Assembly: GCA_900088475.1 (NCBI GenBank)
Contig: FLMG01001812.1
Coordinates: 1-33,609 of the forward strand
Reading direction: 5' to 3'
Origin: Hyphochytrium catenoides
Lineage: Eukaryota; Protista; Hyphochytriomycota
DNA: 33,609 nucleotides
Part shown: one piece after another, positions 1-9,563 of the stretch
Layout: every line of letters starts with the position of its first letter
How positions within the stretch are numbered: the stretch's first letter is position 1
Position numbers and translations under genes: made by a program
Notes under the pieces: model-generated
Database searches by the model: none
Told to the model about the DNA's origin: nothing
Seen by the model: only the letters and a program-made list of their open reading frames with translations

Positions 1-1413
1 AGAGTCAGATGAAAGAACGTGAGAGAAAAGTTTGATCCTCAACAATCTGTAATTCTGTCCTTCTGTGTTTCAGCAACTGCTCTCCCACCTAACTCTAATT
101 GAAAATGACCGCCTTTGCTATTTCCATCCGCAGGGACTCTTTCGTTCCTGTCGTACATGCATCTCAACATTAGCCTTTAACATTTCGCCTTGGTCCTTAA
201 CCTAACGCCTCCCGTGCCTGGCGAGCGGCGCTAAGTTCCTTTGAGGAATGATAGCGTGAGTTCTTAGTCTTGTTCTGGAACTTTTCAACTGACTGAAATA
301 GTTCTTAGGTTCTCTACTAAGCAGCATATCTACTCTGTTCTTCATTGTACCTCCTAACTTATGTTCTCCTTGCGCTACCCTACTTGCCATATCGGCTACT
401 GTCAATTCTCTTCAACATCCTTTGTAAGTCCTGTAAGCGCTCATTAATACTGTACCTTGGACAGGTATCCGCAGCGTTCTGGCTACTTCAATGTCGCTAT
501 CTAGGTAATGTCTCCTTCCATGTCCTTTGGGTCATCCTCCCTAGGTGCCTTATCCTCCGTGCCCTGATTCCTGTATGTTATATTTGCCGTGTAGGTAGCT
601 TTTCTCTCTCCATAGTTAGGGTTCTGTAGTGTCTGTACGTAGGTCTACTGTATACGCGTGTTTGTCTTCCGTCTCAGACCCTGTCACCTGGCACAAACCA
701 CTGTGGAATTGTTCCTCATCCGTGTAACATACGTCCTCCTTGGAGTGCTCCATTCTTTCTTCTGACTCGCCAGGTCCTTGGTTAGTAAGGGCAGAGAGTG
801 ACTCTCGTGAGCAACTTGTGATCTTCCTAGATTTAGTAACAGGTCCCTCACTCCTACGTCCCCGCTCTGGCTTCTCTCAGCCCCTATCCTCCAACTGCTT
901 CTCCTGTGCAAATAGCATCAGCTGCTCTTTCTCTCCTTTCCTCTTCGTCTACATCTCCCTCAACCGTAGCAACTACTGTCCCAATATTCTTCCTAACCTT
1001 ATGATAACATTCCCTTTGCCCCTTTGCAATCGCCTTACTTTTTTCCTAAACCTACATGCTCTTCACGCCCGCCGTATTCCAACAACTATTTCTTTGGTTC
1101 CTCATTCCTACCTTCCCGCTCCTGCTTCTCTCTGCTCCTTCTGGTAAATTCTGTCTTCTGTACAAATTCTTCTTGGTGCTCTCTCTCTCCCTTCTCTTAG
1201 TCGACTTCGCTGACACCACTCACTCTCTTCGCACATATAGTTGGTAGCCTGCTCATTTACCCGTCCCCAACCAAGGAAGGGAGCATGCTCCATGCGTCAG
1301 CTTCCTCTTTCTCCTCCTCTACTACTTCCTTTTGTATTGCATTCCGAGGGATAGAAGTAAGGGAAGGTAGAAATGGAGGAAATGGATTACCACAAGGAGG
1401 GCGCGCCAGCGCC

Positions 1414-1463
<50 letters not shown>
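1414..1463. repeat. (GA)n microsatellite
   Basis: About 25 GA units with one interruption, read directly from the sequence. Confidence 0.97.
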
Positions 1464-1465
<2 letters not shown>

Positions 1466-1749
1466 CACGGGAGATCAGAAGGGACAGAAGCAGTGCGAAG
1501 GGGATAGACATATGGAAGGAGATAGACGGGAGACAGATGAGCAAAATAGTAGAGAGAGATGAGGGGAGGGGCAGATAGTATATTATGAAGCGAAAGTGTG
1601 ACTTATTATAACGGATGGCGACGTTTACCTCCTTTGTTCCTTCGTCTACTCTTGCATCCTTATTATTCAGCGACTCTCGCATTACCTTTCCTTTTCACTT
1701 TCTCGATACTACTAGCCTACGCTTCCAGATTAGGTGCAAACTCTTACGT

Positions 1750-2700
1750 GTTGGTCTAGGTGCCATAGGCCTCCTCCTTAGCGCCAGTCATGGTGGCCAG
1801 TGGAGGTGGTGAAGCCTGGTACCAAACTCGATACCACGCTACGACGTGCGAGCGTAGGTGCCAGCCATAGAGTGCCAGCAGCGGGGAGTTGTCGGCCTCA
1901 AATGAAAGCTGTAGGCCGGAAAAGGCCATCGTAGCTGTCAAGCTATGTACGCCTTGGGAATGTTTTTGATGCCAGTTTCGCTGCCAGCCTTAGTAAGTGT
2001 GAGCCGAACTTGCAGCGTATGTCTTATCGATACCAAGCTAAGTAGGTATTAGCCTAGCCTAGGAGGCCTACTTGATTGCATGGCGTGGTGCCTGAAGTAG
2101 TTGCCCGCTTAGATACCACACCAAGGTGTCCAGCAGCTCAGAACACAGGCAGCCGCAGATGTAGCTTAATTGGCCTCCTTGGTGTCAGTCCCGGTGCCAG
2201 GATAGGTAGCTGCCTAGGTAATCATTGTATGTGCAGGTCTACTCTTAGCTCCGGCATTTGGGCCAACGTGTAGGTAAGTATTAGCGTTGTTATTGCTGAT
2301 CTGCCCCCGCTTTTATTAGCGTCAAGGTGCCTTGGTGTCGGCCCAGGTGCCACCCTTAAGACCACACTTATTTGCTATCTTGGTTAGGTTATAAACCCTA
2401 ATACTAAGCGGCATGTACCCGCTTAGAAGATGCCAAGCCCCATACCAGTATTACGTGGAAGCCAACTACCTGTCATCCTCATTCTACGCTTTAGTTGTCA
2501 GCGAAATTTGCTATCCGGGCAGGCAGTAGGGCCACCCCTGGTGCTAACGTAGGTGTGTGCCAAATGCCAGGCTTAGGGCCAGTCAGTCTACGTGCCAGCC
2601 TTAGGTACAGGCTTTGGAGACCAATTGGTTCTTACTCTTGAAAAATCGACACGCCTAGGTGCCTGCGTATGTTCGAGTCTACTTGTCAGGCTAGCTGTAT
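1750..2700. repeat. Highly degenerate short-motif repeat region (GGTGCCAG / TAGG rich)
   Basis: (G/A)TGCC(A) motifs recur at ~1759, 1857, 1872, 1983, 2087, 2193, 2326, 2346, 2557, 2592 and 2658. 2177-2199 matches 2330-2352 at 20/23 nt. No credible ORF. Confidence 0.45.
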
Positions 2701-3239
2701 CCGGCTGTTTCAGAAAGATTATTACCAGATTACTAATTTCTTCTGCTCACCCGGATGACGTGACAGAGCATAGGCAAGCCTCTGGCTGGAGGGATCAAAC
2801 AGCTCGAGGGTCTCGCTCACCCTTGGACATCCTCCTATAGTTCCAGCGGCCGTGAAACGAGAAAGAGGCGCTTTAAGTACCGGAACTGCCCGATAGCAAA
2901 GTCGCTGTTATTTACTGCTTGCATTCCTTCCTTTCCGCTGATGCCGACCCCGATGTGCGCCTCCTACAGAGAGAGAAGTGAGAAGAGATGCAAAGACTGA
3001 ATTAGAGAGAGAGAGAGCTTGACAAAACTAGCCTGGGAGCTCTCCTTGCCGCATAGCTGGGTCAAGCGGGAGGAGGCTCTTGGGCGTCAGAGATTAGGTC
3101 GTCGTAGCAGTGGGTTGGGTGCGCGCTTAGCTAAGCGAATATTGGGAGTGATAGTTTGAGAGCTCCTGCCTGCTTGGGCCCTACCATTCTCGCCGCGTGT
3201 CTTCCGTCTGGACGAGTTGATAGGCCGGGAAGCCTTGTT

Positions 3240-3722
3240 GGTAACGTCAGAGTGCCAGGGTCCCAAGAGCTTGATCTTTAGGTAGCCCGACCGTTCATTA
3301 GTGTAGTCGCCTCCTACCCTCAGGGGATGTGTTGAGTACCGTTCGGGCGGATTTCCGCAGGCTGCTGCTGCTTGCTTCAACAGCTTGCCCACGTCCTCCG
3401 CAGAAAAGTGATCCCGGGTCGGCCCTATCGCTAACCTCCCGCTCGTCACCTGGATGACCTCAGGCCGAGTGAACCACCTTCAGAAGACAGCCCGTTTTGA
3501 CAGGGCACAGAAGAGAGTGTCCTGACCTCCGTAAGCGACGTTGAGACCCTCTCCCGATCTGGTCGTCGTTTTGCCGCCGCGTAAATCGATAGAGACTGCT
3601 TCTGTCCTAGTGCTATCTCTGCATGGTCTGCCGGCGCAGTCTCAAAGCTGTAGGTCGTTGATCCTTAGAACGTTGGAACCATATCCTCTGCAGTAAGCAG
3701 CGAAAGCGCCAAGCTGCTCAGT
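3240..3722 (-). pseudogene. DIRS/Crypton-type tyrosine recombinase pseudogene
   Basis: Frameshifted minus-strand translation gives EQLGAFAAYC...VSIDLRGGK/DQIGRG...LCPV...DVGKLLKQAAAACGNPPERYSTHPLRVGG...IKLLGPWHSD. These match the YR motifs K-x-DQ-x-G-x-G, CPV, H-x-L-R-x-G-G and LG-R-W-x-SD. Stops, frameshifts and an apparent internal deletion are present. Confidence 0.85.
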
Positions 3723-3905
3723 TGACTGTTTCTACTGCGCTGCACGGGTGTAGTCAGCTGTGCCTCCCCTCTCCGTTGCCACTGTGTCTAGGTTCTGGGC
3801 AGGGCGCCAAAGGCTGAGGCTGATTGAGCATACCTGAGACTGAGGAGCGAGGTCAGCGTCATTCTCTAACCGCGCCAGGGAATCCTACTATCCCCTGGAT
3901 ATTTC
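3721..3905 (-). repeat. Dispersed repeat X, copy 1
   Basis: Reverse complement contains aatatccagggga...ccctggcgcggttagagaatgacgctgacctc...tcagcctcagcctttggcgccctgcccagaacctagacacagtggcaacgga, which aligns with the copies at 16303, 24334 and 32104. Confidence 0.8.
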
Positions 3906-6900
3906 GCCTAATCTAATTTGCCTACCTAGATGTCAACCTACCTGCCAGTCCCAGTGGCAGGCGATTTACTGCGGTAGCTTGGTATCAGGCTAAGCATTCG
4001 TGACTGACCATAGTCCTTACGCAGCGCCAGCTTCCTGTCAGTCTTCTAGATGCCAACCTCAACCTACTGCTTAGGACTAGTTTGCCGGAATAGGTGCTAG
4101 ATCGGTTCCAGGCTTGGACCAGCCTAGTATTACGTACCAGCATTAATGACTGACCCTACCTCTATGCAGGACCAACCCAGATGTGCGCTGAGGCGTCGGC
4201 ACTAAGTCAGGCAGCACCCAGAAGCGAGCTGAAGTAATTGACCCTAACGCTAAGCGTTCAGTGGCAGGTCAGCCACGCGTGCCAGAAGAAATGCGCTGAT
4301 ATTATGTCTTAAGGCATCGTTTTCAACAGTACCCTTTCTCTTGCTCACCTACCCGAGAGTTATGATGGTCTTGTGTGCCCTTTCTTCTCCTCCTCTCTCT
4401 CCGAATGTGATTGCTGAGGAAATCAGCAGTTATGATGGCTCCTTTCCTGTCTTGATGGTGGACCGGGCGTAAGACAGACCAAGACTTCGTAGCGTGCTTC
4501 TTTCTTTTGTTTATGCTTGCTTCTATCCTTAACCGGGATGAGAGGGGACATACACTCAAGGGAGGTGAATGGCAGACGCTAGGGAGCTCGACATTCGAAA
4601 AAAGTCAAAAGCAGCGAGAGAAAGAAGTACCGGGGCTAGCTATTGATGGCTCACACTATACAACCTATTAGAGGCTAGTAAGATGGCAAGAATATCACAT
4701 GAATGAGAGCGCAAAGAGGAAGACGGCAAAGGTAAAGAAGTTCAGAGCAACAGGTATGAAATGTCTAGTAGGAGCAAGCGGACGGAAAGGAAGGAGAGTA
4801 TGAATGAAGTTCGACGAGACAAAGAGCACAAACGGGAAATAAGAGAGGAGACGGAGGAGGGCCTCAAGTAAAACGAGACACTGAGTTCGGAGGGACGAGG
4901 GATAGTGTTTTTGTTCAGCACTTATGATACCCAAAGCAGCAGCGTGAGAAGGAGAGATGGCTGAATCAATTGTAAGAGTACCACAAGCTAGGAGAGCAAA
5001 ACAGGCTAAGGAATAAAAAGTAAGAAGAGAAAGCGAAGCTCAAGGTAGTCAGCTGTAGGAAAGCTTACAAGAAAGCGGAAAATGGTGGGCCATTTTCTAC
5101 GACAAGGGAGCGTAGCCAAGAGGGCGAAATGAAGGAGATGGGATCCGGCCTTCACCCGTACTTACTGAAAAGAGCCGAACAAGAGTGAGCCAAGACGGAG
5201 ATCAAGCTGAGAGAACCACCCAAAAGGTGCAGACACGGAGGACAACAAAAAGAGCAAATGTTACGACCCTAAGAAGCAAGGCAAGTGGGACAGGGAGGGA
5301 CTATCCAGAACGAGTGAAACATGCAACAGCATACAGATTACTTATCTCCCCCAAGCAATAGAGACACCAAGGGAGATTGTATTTAGAGGCAACGACAAGA
5401 GATCACCAGGACGAGTGCAAGATTAAGATGGAGCAAATGAAAGAAGGAGTGGTAGAGTGCACTGAAGGAGGCAACCAAGCATATATATAAATGTATAAAG
5501 AGAGAGAGAGAGACACACATCTTAAGAAGAGAGGCAGGTAGTGAGAGGTGGTGAGGCGGAAAGCAATGGTCCATATTATAGGCTCTCATTACAGGGTAGA
5601 ACTAGACGAATTATTTAGGAGTGTAGAAAGGGAAAAGGGAGGCAGTGAGGAAAGAAGTCGGAAGACCGAAGGAAGAATTGGGACGTGAGGAAAGGAGAAA
5701 GAAAACAGCGAGAAGGAGAGAAAGACAGACAGAGACCCTATGCGAGAGGGTCATGGTGAAGGTGATGGGAGGCGAGTCAACCTGAGACGAGAAATCTTTA
5801 CTCTCCTTCTCTACCTCTCCACTCTATCTAATCAAAGTTCCCAGGGGCGAAACCCAATTCTGACATGATTTCTCCTGCTTGGCTCTATGTCAATCTATCA
5901 TAAAGAAGACAAGGCTGAGTTATGAATAGTATCCGCGATGCTATTATGAAAGCGGTTGGGAGAGTAGCAGCAAGAGGAGAGGAGTAGAGGAAGGTTCATG
6001 ACTGAGGAGGGAAAAGGTCGTAGACATTGTACGAGGAGAAAGAGAGCGTGCAAGGAAATAACGGAGGAGAGGTACAGCGAGAAAACGAGGAGAAAAGAAG
6101 GTGAGGGAGTCTGTGACTGGAGAGAGAGAGAGACGGGAAGAGAGACAGACACACGGGAGAAAGGAGCTAGTGGAGAGAAGTTGATGACTTTTAGCAGAGG
6201 TAGATGTTGATGATGTCTGAAGCTCTGACTGGATGAACATGTAACAAAGGGACCTTGATGATGATTATGTGTCAATTGGAATGACTGTCACTCTTGGTGC
6301 TCTATCTGCGACCAGCGACTGGAAGAAATAACTTGGGAGAAGGAGAAAGAGAAGCAAGAAAAAGGCCTGCTGCAGGAGGAAGAGTAAGAAGAAAGGCAGT
6401 CATGGTGAAGAGAGATAAGGTTAGAGAAAGAGGGAAAGACCCAGCGGTAGATAGCAAAGAAGAGGCTAGGTAAGACCGAAAAGGGAAGGCAGAGGGCCAA
6501 TATGAAGAGGAACGAGAGATTTAGGGTAACATAATAGGGAGAAGAGAAAGAGAGTCAAAGTAAGAAAGCAAGGCGGAACAACGGAAGAGACAGGAGGCAA
6601 ATCTGGAGAAAAACAGAATGATTGATCAGTATGAAGGCGCTTCGTCTTGAGAAGTTAATTCATATTTAACTCCAGATTCCCTCTTTGTTGCGCCCTCCAC
6701 CTCCGCTGTCAACGAAAAAAGCAAACTTGGCGGTGCCTCGAGCCTAGCCTGCCACCTGAAACCTTTGGCTGCCTAAGATGATGAAAGTTGAAAATGGAAG
6801 GCTCTCAACTTTGCAGCAGTTTGTGATGCACATGGGAAAAAGGCTCTGGGGGAGGGGGTGGGTTGTAGCGAGATTGCATCGCGAGGAAAGGCACGGAGCA

Positions 6901-8115
6901 CTCCCTTAGAAGCCACATACATTGCATCCCTCTCGCTTTAGCTCTCAAACGTTATACGCGGTCTGATATGATCTCTTCTGTTTCCCCGCCCTAGTGGTCC
7001 TGGCCTGAATATCTGTACAAAGATAGAACCTTGTCAAGGATAGGTTGGAAGAGAGAAAAGGTTTAGAGAGAGAGAGAGGGGTACAAGAAGGCCAAGATGG
7101 AAAAGAGAGGAGAGTAGCAGCTCACGAAGGTGGAGGAATCAAAGAACAGAGACACTTACACAAGCAGATAAGACAACCGAGGATAATCGAGACTGCAGAA
7201 GTATGACGAGCAACAGACAAATAGAGAGGAAGTCAAGAAGAGCAGCAGAAGGGACATAGAGAGAGAATAGAGAAAGACCAAATTAAATGATCAGTAACAG
7301 AGTCTTCATCGTGTCGCATTAACTTACATATCGTCCTCAAACACTTGCCCCTCCGATAGCAATTTGACATGTGGCCGCTGTGTCCGAGGTGGAGAAGTAA
7401 CTCAGCAGATGAGTATATGAACCATCTGAGCAGCTCTGACTCTGACTCATCATACAGGACAGCAGTTTCTACAGCTACCTCAAGTGCTTCTCAAGTGCTT
7501 CATCCCCGCTCGTAGAGTCTCGTCTGACTGCACCTTTCTTCTTGGGAGTAACAGCAGTTGTTGGGGCGCTGGGCGCCGGACCTTATCGCTGCTGCTACGG
7601 GATTGGGCAGTCGCTGTGATGGGGGTAAGATGAAGCTAACAAAGCGGTGGCCCGACATTTGTTCGATTGGAAGTAGCATTTTTTAGTGGTGGGTGTCATT
7701 ACATTCATCATGGAAAATGTTCTGATGCTCAGCAAGCACTGCTTTAGTACACTCCCAGGTCTTACGATAAAACAAGATAAGCCCAATAAAGAGTCAATGC
7801 ACTTAAATTCTCGACACTACCGTCCAGCTTCTAGGACCTTCTAAGACTCTTTCATCGATCATCAGATACTATGGAAAAGCAGAAGGCCCTTGATAAAGCG
7901 CTATGTGACGTTGAGCAGGCCAAAAAACCCGGTGTAGGTGCATAGGTCAAGAAGTAGAGATTTATATTGAAGGCCCAGGAGGATTTGACGTGAGCAGCAC
8001 AAGGGTACTTAACGTGAGCAAGGGAAGGAGAGAAATGTTAGCTTTTAAAACACCAGGGCTACAGTGGAGGCGACTCGCCGTCTACAGTGAAGGTCCCATC
8101 ATCCATTATCCATTA

Positions 8116-8215
8116 TGTGCCTCCCCTATCCGTGCTGCGCGCTGAGTCCATCTTCGTTGTTCTTCTGAGCAGCAGGCGGCAGACGCTGAGGCTGACCGAG
8201 CAAAACTGAAGATAG
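8116..8215 (-). repeat. Dispersed repeat X, partial copy 2
   Basis: Reverse complement ttttgctcggtcagcctcagcgtctgccgcctgc...cacggataggggaggcaca matches the X core. Confidence 0.75.
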
Positions 8216-8392
8216 TTTACCTTGGAAGAGACACCCAAGAAGGTAGGAGGATTTTGTATCATAAAAGCATCTTGTGAGAGGGAATGGTTCAGGTTGGGCA
8301 GCAACTTACCAAGAACAACAACAGTAGTGCAAGACAATTTAGGGCTTCGTCGTCGCCTGTCCAGAAAAAGAGAACGACTAATAAAACAACTA

Positions 8393-8458
8393 AAGGCGCT
8401 ATGAAGCTGACCTTGTCAACAAGTTCATTATTACTAAGGCGCTATGAAGCTGACCTTG
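8393..8458. repeat. 23-bp perfect direct repeat (period 43)
   Basis: aaggcgctatgaagctgaccttg at 8393-8415 and 8436-8458. Confidence 0.9.
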
Positions 8459-8624
8459 CCAGCTTCTTGATCCCGTGTCGCTCCGTCAAGGGTCCGTCCA
8501 CCCGCCCAATTTCAGGCCATGATGCCTCACTCCTCTGATAAGCCATAAGTTTCCAAAGCATAGGTAGCGTTATCCTGCACTTCTTTTTATTATGTTCCAC
8601 ACTGCTGCTGATAGTGCGATGATG

Positions 8625-8777
8625 ATGTCCTCTTATTGCAAATAAGATCATTATCACTTGACAATATCCGTCATTCAATCGTATCAAATCTAGTATTTGA
8701 TAGATTGGATGACTGTCTGAGAGAGGGAAATCTCCTCTCTCTCTCAGTTTGTCTTTTTCCCTCTCTCAGTGACGACT
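8625..8777 (+). repeat. Split direct repeat A1 (left terminus)
   Basis: 153 bp, identical to 12320-12472 except for one substitution (ctAgt vs ctGgt). Confidence 0.97.
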
Positions 8778-9563
8778 GATTCAGCTACTACGCAGCTCAG
8801 TCCTCCCTTTTGAGAGAAGTCGGCGACAGCTCCAACCCTTACGATTTGGTTAGTGGTTGTATCACGAAAGGGAACTTTGGTCGGCCAAAGGACAGCCGGT
8901 GAAGAAACATTAATCACCAGAAGGCCACGAAAGCGCAGCATTCTTTCCACTGCCAACTGTCAGTAGCTGTAAACTCTTCCTCTTTACTGCTATTCTGGCA
9001 GTCGAGTCTGTCTTCTTCTTTCATCTTCCGAGACATCAACAACGTTAGCACTTAGGTGGAAACAACGACAGGACTTTACGGCGACAGAGAAGTGGGACAG
9101 AAAGATTGCGGTGTGCTTCGCATTGCGAAGAGCAAGTGGTCATCAGCAGAAGCAAAGCGGTTAGTAGCAAACGAAGATAGTCGTCTCATTGGCGACGAGG
9201 AATCAACGCGAGCATTGAGGTATCTTTTGTGCTTCCGCTCCTACGGTCAGCGTAGAAAAGCGGCGGTATCTTGATCAAACGCTTAGCTGAGGAATAAGCG
9301 CCTGGGTGCCATCGGGAAAGGCACAGGACACGAAAAAATCACAGCACTAAGGAAGTGCAACACCTCCAAACAACGAATGCTGCTGGAAGCTGTTGTTGTG
9401 AGAACACATAGTAGAGCTGGAGCCTGCCAACTCTAGAGATCAACGCCCAAGGACCAGAGAGAGAATAGTGGAGACATCTACCAGCAGTAGCGCTGTTGCT
9501 GCTCACTAAGGGTGGCCAAAGAGGGGCCATTAGCTTCTCTAAAAAGAGCATCGTCGTCACGAT

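Larger units (their letters stand above)
3036..3905 (-). mobile_element. Decayed tyrosine-recombinase element relic (X segment + YR + Y motif)
   Basis: Order on the minus strand: dispersed X repeat (3905-3721), YR pseudogene, then Y motif (3086-3036). The same modules recur at 16303-19423 and 24334-24698. Confidence 0.7.

Noticed and set aside
1257-1682. ORFs with ERERER / SLSLSL runs
   Set aside because: These are translations of the (GA)n microsatellite.
7860-8060. Possible Copia RT remnant (EIYIEGPGGF)
   Set aside because: Only one short motif-like match with no supporting collinear motifs; it needs a translated search.
9420-9563. Stop-codon reassignment (TAA/TAG=Gln) extending pol upstream and reading through 14389
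   Set aside because: The long intact ORFs contain no internal TAA/TAG, and two genes end in TAG. Mutational decay explains the stops better.
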